Shown: positions 26,028 to 38,146 of the stretch, piece after piece
Layout of the letters: each line of letters begins with the position of its first letter
Numbering within the stretch: position 1 is the stretch's first letter
From: Basidiobolus meristosporus CBS 931.73
Taxonomy: Eukaryota; Fungi; Basidiobolomycota
Length of the DNA: 64,000 nucleotides
Assembly: GCA_002104905.1 (NCBI GenBank)
Contig: MCFE01000297.1
Coordinates: forward strand, 1 to 64,000
Direction of reading: 5' to 3'
Notes under the pieces: generated by a model
Databases searched by the model: none
What the model saw: the letters and a program-made list of their open reading frames with translations, nothing else
Told to the model about the DNA's origin: nothing
Program-made: the position numbers and the translations under genes

Positions 26028-29000
26028 TGTGGTAAAAATTTGTAATTCCACCTAAATACTTGCCTAACTTATGATGAAGAATCAAGAAAATCTAGCGCAA
26101 AGTAAGAAGGAAGAAAAAGATGCATTAATAAGGAATGATAACCAACAAAGGAGGTACCCAAGACCTTACAAAAGCAAGAGCAACCTGTTTTGCAGCTACT
26201 GCAAAAGGAAAGGACACATCAGACCAGTGTCTAAAAAAGAAAGATAATCAGCAAAAGGAGCCTGAATATGGAAACACTGTAACAACTGAAGATAAAAGAC
26301 TTGTTCCATTGTGCCATTGATCATAGTGTCAGAAAGTGCTGTATATTTTTTTATTAATTTGATATTTTAGGGTCATATGCATGTCAATTTTGATCCCAAA
26401 TTGGCACTGTGTGGCACCATCTGGCACTCTGTGGCATGATCAGGCACCATCTGGCATGCTATGGAACTATTGGGCACTATGATCAGCTGGAATGATGGAA
26501 CAAGTCTAAAGTATTCATATCTGCACTAAGTATGACCACAAACAAGGATTCTCAGATGCAGTACACCAACTCTGGAGCATCTCTACACTTTACGCACCAA
26601 ATAGAACTTTTTACTCAATATCAAGAAATTCCAATCAAGGAGGTTTTCATGGGTGACAATAGAACACTTGATGCAGTGGGAGAAGGAACTATTCAAGTAA
26701 ACCTTAGAAGCAGTGAAGGCAACCATGCACTGACCTTTAAAGGAGTACTCTTTGTACCAGAAATAGCCAAGAACCTACTATCTGTAAGCAAGGCCACTGC
26801 AGCAGGACTCTTTTTCAGCTTTGACAATTCTGGATGCAAGATTGCTGATCAAAGTGGTGCCTGTATTGCTTCATGGATCAGAGATCAAAATCTATATAAG
26901 TTGACTTATATTCCATCATACCTGGAAGCCAATATAAGTGGCTTAAACAAAGAAACACCATTGCTTTAGCATAGGGGATTTGGGCACATCTATTTTGATT
27001 ATTTGCGGAAAATGATCAAAGATCAGCTAACATTTGGAGTAAAAATTAATCCCCAGCTAATTTGGAGCACTGTGAAGCCTGCATATATGGATAACAAGCC
27101 AGATAACTGTTCAAGAGCTCTGGGCTTGCCAAAACTAAGAAAAAGTCAAATCTAATTCACTCAGATCTGTTTGGACTTATGCAAAGTTTATCCTTAGGTG
27201 GGATGAAGTCTTTAATAACTGTTATTGATAATGATAAAAGATACATGTGGGTCCACTTCATGGACAGAAAGAAAGAAGCTCTGTCTAGGTTTAGGGAGTT
27301 TAATGCCATGGCAGAGAGAGAAACTGATTAAAAAGTTAAGAAAATATGCTCAGACAATGGTGGCAAATACACCTCAAAACTCTTGATCCACTTCTGCAAA
27401 ATACATGTGATAAAGGAAGAGATTACTGTACTATACTCTCCCCAGCAAAATGAAGTAGCAAAACATGCAAACAGCTCAATAATTGATTTGGCTAGATTTA
27501 TGATCCATGATACAAGATTATCCAATGAACTTTGGGCTGAATCAGTTGCAACAGCTGTATACCTTAAAAATAGGAATTATAACAGAGTACCTTGTGATTC
27601 TACTCCATTTGAAGCGTGGTATGGATATAGAGCAAGTGCAGAGCATTTAAGAATATTTGGGTGTTGAGCATATGCCAATAAACTGCCTGGAAATCAGCCA
27701 AAACTTAAGCCAAAAAGTGTAAACTGCATAATCTTGGACCACTGCAATGCAAGTAAAGCATTCAGACTCCAAAATACCAAAGCAAAGAAGCTAATCAAGT
27801 CCAGAAATGTGTTGTTTAATGAAAATTCAATATTTTCACAACAAATGAAATCAGATGATGACAAAAATCTGTTGACAGGTACACAAATTGTCAGAATCAA
27901 ATCAGAGCAAAACAATGAAGACTTTCTCGCTACAGAGGACTATTCAATCATGTTTCAGCTTAAATCAGGGCCCTGAAATATTCCAGAAGCAATCATTCCA
28001 GTGTCACATGCCTAGAGATCTAACCAGACAAGAAATAGCCCAGATTACTATATCAATGAAGGTACAATTTTAACTTATGCCTATTCAGTCCATATTGATG
28101 AACCCCAGACTGTAAAGCAGCCCTAAACAGCCCTCAGAAAAGGTTTTGAAGATCTGCAATGACTGAGGAATACTGAGCCGTCATGGAAAAACAAACTTGG
28201 GACTAAATCAAATGACCAATTAACCAAAAATCAATTGGATGCAGATGGGTCTTCAAGACAAAATACAAGGCTGATAGTACAATTCAATAACACAAAGCAA
28301 GACTTTTGGCCAAAGAATACTCTATAACAAAAGGACTTGATTATACTGAGCCCTTTGCACTGGTAGCCAGGTTTAATTCCATCAGATTAATATTGGCTAT
28401 TGCAGCCAAATATGAGTATTTCATTCATCAAATGAAAGTAAAAACTGTATTATTGAATAAAGAACCTGATGAGGACATGTATATGCACCAGCCTGATGGG
28501 TTTGCTGACCAAGATAACCCCCATTTGTCAGTAAGCTTAAAAAATATATATGGTCTTAAACAATTACCAAGTGCCTGAAATTGCAAGATAGACTCTAATT
28601 TCAAACCTCAGAGTTTCAAAAGGAATAGTGCTGACTATAGTATATACTATATGCCTGGTAGAGCAAATCCAGCTCTAATATCTCTATATGTGGGTGATCT
28701 TATTATAGCTGCCAATAACCTAGAAACATTGAAAGTGAATAAATCCAGCCTATCTAAGAAATATTAAATATCTGATCTAGGAAAACTCAGTTGCTATTTA
28801 GGGATTAAGTTTTCTGCAGACAGAAGTACCCAGACTATCACCCTAAGCCAATCCAAGTATATTCAAGATATACCAAAGAACTACCAACTGGAAGACTGTA
28901 GACTGGCAGCTACCCCAATGGAAACAAACCTTAGCTTGGTCAAAATGCAACCAAATCAAGAGAGCTTGGTGCCATCTGAAAGTCCCAACTTTTCTTATCA

Positions 29001-30011
29001 GTCTATGGTTAGCAGTCTGATGTATATCATGCTTGGAACATGTACAGATATAAGTTGTCAGCCAGCATAATCAGAACTATGGATCCAAACATTTTGCAGC
29101 AGTTAAGTGGATTTTTAGATACCTAAAAGAACTACAGGTTTCTGCTAAAGATACACTTATAAGGATTCAGAACAGAGTCTTGTGGAAAATTTGATGCTGA
29201 TTGATGACAGAATTTGGAAGACAGAAGATCCACCACAGGATACACCTTTCTTTACTGTAAAGGAGCAATTTCATGGAACTCAAGAAAGCAACCAACAGTA
29301 GCACATTCTACCACATAGGAAGAGCGTATGGCAGCCTGTGAAGCTAAAGAAGAGGCAATGAGGTTAAGAAAGCTTTTTACAGATATAGACCTATATCAAA
29401 AAATGTCTCTTACTTTATATCAAGATAATCACAGGTGTATATAATTAGGAGAAAACCCAACTTTTAATGCTAGAACTAGGCACATAGATATTAGACATCA
29501 TTTCATATGTGAAGCTATAGAGAATAACTTAGTTAGCTTAGTGTACTGTCCTTCAGATGGAATGATTGCAGACATATTTACTAAACCATTAGCTAGAGAC
29601 AAGTTTGAGTATCTGAGGTCCAAATTTGGACTAGTCAGTATGAACATTTTGCAGAGTGGGAGTGTTGTAAAAATTTGTAACTCCACCTGAATATTCACCT
29701 AGCTTAGCCACTTAGAGCATTACCTTCAAATCCTAGAGAATACTGACCAAATTCCTTGTTGGGATTTACCTAGAATATTCTCACCAATATACCAGGTACC
29801 CAGAACATAAAAATTCTCAAAGTTGACCAAACAGCCCCACACCTTGCACACTTGTTCTTGGTACCTTCCTTAACCTATACTATGTGTTTGTTATGCCAAG
29901 GCCATGTAAAAGTGTAAATACTACTTTTACATCCAATAAACCATTAAGTGAAACCACATAACTTACTTGTCCTCCCTAATAACTTCCAATATGTCCAAGA
30001 CTCTTACAACA
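26028..30011 (+). mobile_element. Ty1/Copia LTR retrotransposon, decayed; 3' LTR 29663-30011; 5' LTR mostly deleted
   Basis: NSGAS (protease), HRGFGH, IHSDLFG (integrase), RT, RTRHIDIRHHF (RNase H) in Copia order; PPT GCAGAGTGGGAG; TSD TGTAT (26023-27) / TGTGT (30012-16); removal restores FEGMYDCALALALDGF of the host transposase. Confidence 0.92.
26297..26507. mobile_element. Short AGACTTGTTCCA-ended MITE (211 bp), TSD AAA
   Basis: Ends AGACTTGTTCCA / TGGAACAAGTCT; AAA on both sides; removal joins Copia ORFs 26135 and 26532 in frame (EDK-VFIS). Confidence 0.9.
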
Positions 30012-30398
30012 TGTGTGACTGTGCCTTAGCCTTGGCACTTGACGGATTCTTATTAGACAAGTACTCTACTAGTAAATCCAGCTGGCCACTGTTTCTTGTC
30101 AACCTGAATATGCTGCCTATTGTACAGTATCAAATCATAAACCTTATTGTGGCCTCACTAGTATTTGGGCCTATATCACTGTCCAACCTGGGCAGCTACA
30201 TTTATCCATTGGTGAATGGATTTTGTATGCTTACCAGCAGGATACTACTAAATGGCCATCACATCAATGCACATACTTTTATCTGCATTGATGATACCTC
30301 AGCCATCTGCAACATAGCTGGCTTTTCTGGGGGCAATGTATGACATTGCTGCTGAATGTGTGAGATCCAGGGGGTATACCTCATAACTCATACACATT

Positions 30399-31129
30399 AG
30401 ACTTGTTCCGTTGGATAGTGCCACATTGAGCCATGAGTGCCAAATGATGCCATTGTGAGCCAGAGAGGCCAAGTGAGCCTCTGCCTGGCCACAGAGTGTG
30501 AAACATAGCTCTGCATCTTCATGCAAAGCAGCCCCTGTGTTTCACCCGTTGTGTGGGAGAAAATCCATTTTTTGACCATTTTTGGATCAATTTTGTGCAG
30601 GATGTGTTAGAGCACAAGCAGATTAAAGATATGCATCTGGTACTCAATACCCATGGCACTGTGAATCTAGCTCCTGTATCTTGTATCATGTCACAAAAAT
30701 GAATGGCACTATCTTGGTCTACTGGTACTATCTGGCACTATAAGTGCTTTGTATAGATCTTACTTTAGGGCTAATATTTAAATATAGTGCCAGATAGTAC
30801 CAGTGGACCAAGATAGTGCCATTCATTTTTATGACATGATACAAGCTACAGGAGCTGGATTCAGAGTGCCATGGGTAATGAGTACCAGATGCATATCTTC
30901 AGTTCTCCTGTGCTCTTACACATCCTGAGCTACATTGATCCACAAAAAAAGGTTCAAAAATGGATTTTCTCCTGCACAATGGGTGAAACACAGGGGCTGC
31001 TTTACATGAAGATGTAGAGCTATATTTCACACTCTGTGGCCAAGTATAGGCTCACTTTACCTCTCTGTCACACTATGGCATCATTTGGCACTTATAGCTC
31101 AATGTGGCACTATCCAACGGAACAAGTCT
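30399..31129. mobile_element. Hairpin/foldback MITE copy 2 (731 bp), TSD ATT
   Basis: Same structure as copy 1 in the opposite orientation; ATT at 30396-98 and 31130-32. Confidence 0.95.
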
Positions 31130-31168
31130 ATTATTATTATCCAAACACCAGCACCACAACAATCATCT

Positions 31169-32328
31169 GTGGTGTTGTATTATGTTTAGTTGAGGCTTAT
31201 TTTACAGTGCAGTGACTAATTGACAATATGTCACAACTTCCTTTATACTAATGCTGAAATAGTTTATTGGGAGTTTTATATATCAATAGATGATATAACT
31301 TTCACTGATATCCTCAATATCAGGCTCATATCATACTTTAGGCAGTGCTTTCACTTCTACTGCAGTGTTCTGACCCTCTGTCAGAAATTTGGCAAAATTT
31401 CTATCATATTCCGTTCTCCCTTTTTGATATTTGCTTTTCTTTCTGGAAACCATTTCCTAACACAGAAACTCTGAGTGCCCCTCTAACTTAAAGGGGTGTG
31501 GTAAAGAAGTCTCTAAAGGGGTGTCTTTAGAGTAAGGAGGCTTCTCAAGGTAGTATTCAAAGTGGACTTAACACCAAAAGCGTGCCTAAAGGGGCTTCTT
31601 CAGCCTAAAGGGGTGTCCTTAGAGTAAAGGGGTCCCATAGAGGAGACTTACTGACAGAAAAGAAGTAGTTTTTCTTGTAGAGCTTAGATTAGACTCTGAT
31701 GAGCTTTGCCGTCTCTTTACTGATATGGTACCAATCAGATTTAGAATACTCAAGAGTGCAAGTGATGCAGGGGAAGTCTTATAGCCTTTAAACTTGTGAC
31801 TGTAGTGTGGAGAGTGTGGGAAGACAGGGTCCCTTTTTATTTTTCAGCTGGAGAAGTCATATATATGAAAATTCTGAAGGATCAAAGTTTGTGGGCAATT
31901 GCATAAGTAATAAGCAATATATAAGGCTGAAAACTTACAGTGATGCAGATTAAACATAGGTGCAGCATCTGTGAAAGTACCATATGATCTGAATGGCTGG
32001 TTCAAAATTTGCCTTCAATCAAAGCTACCATAGTAATCCTAGCATTAGAGGCCTAGTATATGTGGTTATTAGACTCTTTTGATCATAGCTCCTTAGATAC
32101 CGCTTTAAATGAGCCGCACACTGAAGCATTTATTAGCTACTGAGTGTTCTACATTACATTATGCTCTTGGGTGGATTGCATGTCATGGTCTTCATCATTT
32201 GTCCTTCAGGCAGAAGTTCTGGACCTTTCATTTGTGTTTTGCAATAGCAAAAGGCAAAATAAAGAAATGAGTGCAATATTGGCTTTGAGATATTTGATTA
32301 ATGGATAACTTTCCATTACCATTCCTAT
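31169..32328. repeat. Unclassified ~1.16-kb insertion (family F) within the CMC transposase
   Basis: Interrupts atcatct|ttccacagag of the transposase; the part at about 31760-32200 is homologous to about 52440-53000; several TAAAGGGG(TG) motifs at 31489-31635. Confidence 0.55.
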
Positions 32329-32986
32329 TTCCACAGAGAGAACATACAGATGTCAGCATGCAATTGCAGCAAAGTTAGCAGGCCATAAACCATTGGCTGG
32401 TATATGGAATTTATTGGAGACCAGAGATATTTAGGATAGGGGGTGTCTGTTGGAGTAAAAGGTTTTGACTGGGAACAATGCATTTGCTTTTCATCAGTAT
32501 CCCTCTACTCATGACCATGTTGTACATAATACATTTCAAGCTAAATGATTCCTTTGAGATACCAGAAAAATTTGAAAGAATTGGTAAGATATTACAGAGT
32601 ATCAACTAACCAAAGTACTTCTAACAAGCCTCAATCAATATTCATGCACATAAGCAACTGTAAAAATGCAAGGGCAGGATGATTGGATATGTATTTATTG
32701 AAATGGCCTGTTGAAGCCATTTCTACCAAGAGTACATTAGAAGCATTGGGAGCCATGTGTTGATATTGTAGCAGTATATAGCCAGAAGCAGATCACCAAT
32801 GACAACTAGGTGCATAAGAAGTTCTTATATAAGGAGTCTGTGACAGGACTTAAGTGGCTGTACTCCAAGCTTAAAGCTGAGCACATTGATCTCCACTGCT
32901 ACTGCATCCATTTGCTACTCCATCAGGCTAGGTGTGTGGAAAATATTGGGCCTTGCTTCATCTTTTGGGAGTTTCTTGTGGAGCAG

Positions 32987-33290
32987 TGTGGTGGCATATA
33001 AGTCCAAGGTAGAGATACATCCAACACTTCTCAAGTGTTATGTGTGTGGAGTGCTCATTGGGTACAATGGACTTGTTCCATCATTCCAGCTGATCATAGT
33101 GCGCACTAGTGCCATAGCATGCCAGATGGTGCCATACAGTGCCAATTTGGGATCAAAATTGACATGCATATGACCCTAAAATATCAAATCAATAACAAAA
33201 TATACAGCACTTTCTGGCACTATGATCAATGGCACAGTGGAACAAGTCTAATAACTTCTGGCAAAAGCTTGCTAGGAATACTTGGGTTCT
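32987..33290 (-). repeat. Family-A LTR 3'-end fragment
   Basis: Reverse complement of the LTR end (TGTGGTGGCATATAAGTCC...AAAAGCTTGCTAGGAATACT); left flank GCAG. Confidence 0.85.
33069..33249. mobile_element. Short MITE (181 bp), TSD AAT, inserted in an LTR
   Basis: Reverse complement of 26297-26507 lacking one 30-bp unit; AAT at 33066-68 and 33250-52; empty site gggtgc-aat-aacctctggc in other LTR copies. Confidence 0.92.
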
Positions 33291-33299
33291 GTGGATGTT

Positions 33300-34127
33300 G
33301 GTATAAAACCTTGCAGTGCAATAGTTCTTGTAATACTAAAGAAGCTTAACAAGGGATCTTATTGTGACAGTTGAGGTAGATAGTCCACAGTACTTGGTAT
33401 AGCTCTCCCCTATTGTGTCAAAAGATATCCAGTTGTAATGATGGGATTGGTGACAAAAGACTATTCAGATGAGTAGGTTATAAAAGGAATAGGTGGTGAT
33501 TGTGTAGTGAACTGATTTGGCATAATTGATTTGATTTATCTGATTTTCCATGCAATATGATTAAATCTCATCAATTGCCTTGTATCCCACTATGATGCTG
33601 CAAAAAACATCAGCAAACAATGACTTGGGGATTATATTGATAATTCACTCACAAGTCTATAATCAAATAGGAAGTCTGCAACTGAGGTAATATATCATTC
33701 AATCATCTATGCCAGCCTCTTCAGGTCAATTTGTGCTATAGAGTGCAAAATTATTCCACCTAGTGCAAAATTGTCCATGAGCAATCCTGCCTACTGGTGG
33801 CTACACCATTGTGCCCAATAGTGCTTAACAACCCAGGAATATGCTGCATGCCCTGGCATGATACAATGGAACAAATCATATGTGTAAGTGCTTCCAGATT
33901 AGGCAGGTATCTCTGCCAGTAGCCATTATGCAAGACACTAGCCATTTTACCATTGCTACTATTTTTGTACCATATATAGTGCTACTATGTTACACAGATA
34001 TCTGAACATTGATACCTGATATGTTAGATGGACTCTGCATCTGAGGGCAACTGGCACCTATTTCAACATTCTTTGATTATTCTCATGTCACTAAGACTTC
34101 TATCAGTGTCTGGAACCATATGGAACA
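33300..34127 (-). mobile_element. Decayed coding-like remnant, possibly KDZ-type like 4560-6530
   Basis: Weak CPQ, IYY.SCR (possibly YDxAC) and YNPQ motifs on the minus strand; short similarity to about 6500. Confidence 0.22.
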
Positions 34128-34751
34128 TCATGATCAGTAATCACTTAGCAAGGGAGAAAGGTATTTAAGGGAGACACTTCCTCAACAATAAATCATTACA
34201 ACTTTTATCATTATTCCAGCTTGTTGAGTAGTGCATCACTGTTACCTGCAGCAATACAAACTTCTAATACCTGACTGCAGGAAACACTCAGGAAAGTGTG
34301 ATAACAGCCAACTGGCCTTGGAGGCCTTATCTTTCAGGAATATTCAGAGTAGGTTCCTTTTTTATTTTGGAATCTTTCCCAAGTTTGCTCATGCACAGGC
34401 AAGAATGTTTTTTGGTCTCTGTAGCTATTGACTACAACTGCATCTTTATCAAGTATTTGCTAGAGGAACTCATAGTTGCTTTGACTCTGAAAGCTGTAGT
34501 ATATTTTCTTCTGAAAGGATGCTGAACCCAGCACATACTTTAAAAGGACTCCAACTAAGTTGGCAATTGTAGCTCAATAGCTTGATTTGATAAGCTTGTA
34601 GCTTTAATCCCCTTCACATTAGGATAGAGGCAAAACCTTGGTATTCCTAGCAAGCATTTGGCAGAGGTTCTAACAACCAGTGAACACTCTACACACAAAA
34701 CATTTGAGAAGTATTGGACACATCTCTCTCTTAGACTTGTACACTGCCACA
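34128..34751 (+). repeat. Family-A-related LTR, 3' ~620 bp, more diverged
   Basis: Homologous to 17950-18565; ends ACACTGCCACA; right flank ATAC. Confidence 0.8.
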
Positions 34752-35094
34752 ATACCAACTTAAAGATCATAGTGGACTAGCTGTAATTAAGGTAGTGATC
34801 AGTGAGCAATTAGTGTTGCTATCATGGTCTTATTTAATCATTAGTAGCCCATGCAATCAATTCTCTATTGTTTCAAATCAAGTAAAATACCTGCTTTAAG
34901 ATGTTACATATTGCTCTGAAGGTCCATATGTGTTTGTGCAAATAAACAGCTATAAGGTGCCTGTGCATGCATCTCTAATGCTTCACTTGTAATTGAGTAC
35001 AAACTCATCACTATTACATTCTTCTCTTCATGGAAGACTTATGACCCAAATGCTTACAACAGTGCTCCACTTTCAAAGAAGATATTGCCACCTT

Positions 35095-35376
35095 ACTCAC
35101 AAAAAGTAATTTGGTACTGCAGGTGGGTCTGATCTGGATCAATCATTTCCTGTTGCTATCTCCCCTTACACTTCCCATATACACTATTGTAGAAGCACCC
35201 CAATATTCACATACATGCTACTACTATTGGTATTCCATATTTAGCCCAAATAAAAAAAGTATGGTCTCCTGCCAACAATTGTTCTCATATGCACATATCC
35301 ACTGCCATTGATGCATTTCAATCACTTCAGCTTTATGACTTTTGAGTGTGATACTAACAAAGCTGCCATCTACATT
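35095..35376 (-). mobile_element. CMC transposase-side end fragment with internal deletion
   Basis: CTCACAAAAAGTAATTTGG resembles the TIR at 8099/42109, followed by sequence homologous to about 8500-8750. Confidence 0.6.
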
Positions 35377-36033
35377 AAACCTGTTCTATTGGATGGTGCC
35401 ACATTAAGCCATGAGTGCAAATGATGCTATAGTGTCCCAGGGAGGCCAAGTGAGCCTATACTTTGCACAGAGTGTGAAACATAGCTCTGCATCTTCATGC
35501 AAAGCAGCCCCTGGGTTTCACCCATTGTGCTGGAGAAAATCCGTTTTTTAAACTTTTTTTTTGGATCAGCACTGTTCAGGATGTGTGAGAGCACAGAAGG
35601 ACTGAAGACATGCATCTGATACTCAATACCCATGGCACTCTGAATCCAGCTCCTGTAGCTTGTATCATGTCACAAAAATACATGGTACTATCTTGGTCCA
35701 CTGGTTCTATCTGGCACTATAAGTGCTTTATATAGGTCTTACATTAGGGCTAATATTTAAATATAGTGCATGTTATTACCAGTGGACTAAGCAAGTGCCA
35801 TGCATTTTTGTGACATGATACAAGCTACAGGAGCCAGACTCAGAGTGCCATGGGTGTTGAGTACCAGATGCATGTCTTCAGTCCTTCTGTGCCCTCACAC
35901 ATCTTCAACAGCGTCAATTCAAAAAAAAGTTCAAAAAATGGATTCTCTATAGCAAAATGGGTGAAACACAGGGACTGCTTTGCATGAAGATGGAGAGCTA
36001 TGCTTCACACTCTGTGGCCAAGTATAGGCTCAT
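35377..36033. mobile_element. Hairpin/foldback MITE copy 3, right end deleted
   Basis: ATT then AAACCTGTTCTATTGG; arms and loop present; right arm joins directly to LTR sequence at about 36034. Confidence 0.9.
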
Positions 36034-37042
36034 CTGTCTCTAATCTAATGCAAAGGGGAATAAAGCCACAAGCTTGTTAAGGGAAAACTATTGAGCTACA
36101 ATCCACAACTTAGTTGGCATCTTAACAAAAGTATCTGCTGGGTTCTGCATCCTTTGAGATGACAGTGTACTAAAGCTTCCAAAGTCAAAACACCTGTAAA
36201 CTTCACCAGCTGGGACTTGATAAGATTGCAGATGTGGCCAATAGTTACAAAGACAGAAAAGTATCTTTGCCTGTACAAGAACAAACTTGGGAAAGAATCA
36301 AATATAATAAAAGATACCTACTGTGAGTATTCCCCACAAGTGGTGCCTCCATGGTCAGTTGGCTGGCAATGTGGCTTCCTGGGAGTGTCCTGTGGTCTGG
36401 GGTTGGAGGTTCAGGTAGCAGCAGGTAGCAGTGATCACACTAATCAATAAGTTTGTATATTGATAAAAGGGATGATGATTTATTGTTGAGGGATTGCCTC
36501 CCTTATATACTTTTCTCACTGGCTAAGTGAATACTAATCATGGTGTTCCAGAAGGTTCTGGAGATCAATAGAATTCTTCAGGACATCAGAATGAGCAAAG
36601 AGTATTTGAAGTAGGTGCCAGAAGGTTTTAAGAAGCACAGCACATCCAACCAATCAGGAAGCAGTACTCTGAAGCCTATGTAACATAGGGATACAATATA
36701 TGGTATGGAAATGGTAGGGATGGTGACACAGGTTGATAATGTGTCAGGAGTACTGTCATGGGTACTTGTGTAATAAAGAAGCTCTCACAGCTAGTAATCT
36801 CACATATATTGGCACAGGTACTTGCCTAATATAGAAGTACTTATAGCTAGTAATCTTACATAAAGTGAGGGATAACTTATGCAATAAGGTAAGCGGGTGT
36901 GATAGTCAACCAGCTTATGGGATAGTGCTGATCAGGTAAGACACATGGGATAAAACTAAAATATGTGTAGTAGAGAAATAGGGTAGTAGAAACTATGGGA
37001 ATGAGCACATCTGTCAGTGGGTGTTACTGTGACCCCAATACA
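36034..37042 (-). repeat. Family-A LTR (its 3' end lost), inserted into a family-B LTR at CCGC
   Basis: Ends ...GACCCCAATACA (reverse complement TGTATTGGGGTC); next bases CCGCTTGAATG match the family-B LTR sequence ccacttgaatg. Confidence 0.9.
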
Positions 37043-37190
37043 CCGCTTGAATGTTTGAGTTGGATCAGCACTTAGTCAAATCAGTTAGTTTTATGTTTAG
37101 CCTATCAGTCTATGAGTGTTGTCTATCAAATCAGTAGCATTAGTCAGCAAATGATTCCACAGATCCTTATCTGAGAGCAATAGATATATT

Positions 37191-37923
37191 AGACTTGTTC
37201 CATTGGATAATGCCACATTGAGCCATGAGTGCCAAATGATGCAATAGTGTGCAAGGGAGGCCAAGTGAGCCTACAATTGGCCACAGAGTGTGAAACATAG
37301 ATCTACATCTTCATGCAAAGTAGGCCCTGTGTCTCACTCATTGTGATGGAGAAAATCCATTTTTTGACGTTTTTTTATGGATCAATATTGTACAGGATGT
37401 GCAAGAGCACTAAAGGATTGAAGATATGCATCTGGTACTCAATACCCATGGCACTCTGAATCTAGCTCCTGTGGCTTGTAACATGTCACAAAAATGCATG
37501 GCACTATCTTGGTCTGCTGGTACTATCTGGCGCCATAAGTGCTTTGTATTGATCTTACTTTAGGGCTTATATTTAAAATAGTACCGGATAGTACCAGTGG
37601 ACCAAGATAGTGCCATGCATTTTTGTGACATGCTACAAGCCACAGGAGCTAGATTCACAGTGCCATGGGTATTGAAAACCAGATGTATATCTTCAATTCT
37701 TTAGTGCTCTTGCACATTCTGCACAATATTGATCCATAAAAAAATGTCAAAAAATGGATTTTCTCCTGCATCATAGGTGAAACACATGGGATGCTTTGCA
37801 TGAAGATGCAGATCTATGTTTCACACTCTGTGGCCAAGTATAGGCTCACTTGGCCTCTCTGGCACACTATGGCATCATTTGGCACTCATGGCTCAATGTG
37901 GCACTATCCAACAGAACAAGTCT
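37191..37923. mobile_element. Hairpin/foldback MITE copy 4 (733 bp), TSD ATT
   Basis: ATT at 37188-90 and 37924-26; empty site tagatat-att-aagt in the paralogous LTR at about 41988-42001. Confidence 0.95.
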
Positions 37924-38135
37924 ATTAAGTAGGATCTTGTTGGGTGATGATGATGCAATCAATTGAGTTGATGGCCACCACCTACATTAGGAAAGACAAT
38001 TGGCTGGCAACTTATGTGGCTAAATGTTTATAAGGAGCTGCAGGAGCCTCAATAAAATTCAGTTCATGTTTTAGTGAATTTAATACTAGCTAAATCTATT
38101 TTCCTTTACAACTTTTATACCAAGACTTAAGACAT

Positions 38136-38146
38136 TGGTAGCAGAG
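38136..38146 (+). promoter_or_regulatory. Primer-binding site, initiator tRNA-Met type
   Basis: TGGTAGCAGAG, 1 nt after the LTR end AAGACA. Confidence 0.75.

Larger units (their letters stand above)
21639..32986. mobile_element. CMC transposon copy C (ORF2 on minus strand, transposase on plus strand), interrupted by several nested insertions
   Basis: Starts CCCTATGAGAAATAAT; ORF2 fragment 22551-23189 (-); transposase pieces at about 24400-24675, 25739-26027, 30012-30398, 31130-31168 and 32329-32986 join into one Tnp2 frame homologous to copy A. Confidence 0.8.

Noticed and set aside
26400-26480. Spaced TGGCAC repeats resembling a CRISPR or iteron array
   Set aside because: Units are 6-10 bp, irregularly spaced, lie inside TIR-bounded MITEs, and no cas genes are present; the context is eukaryotic.
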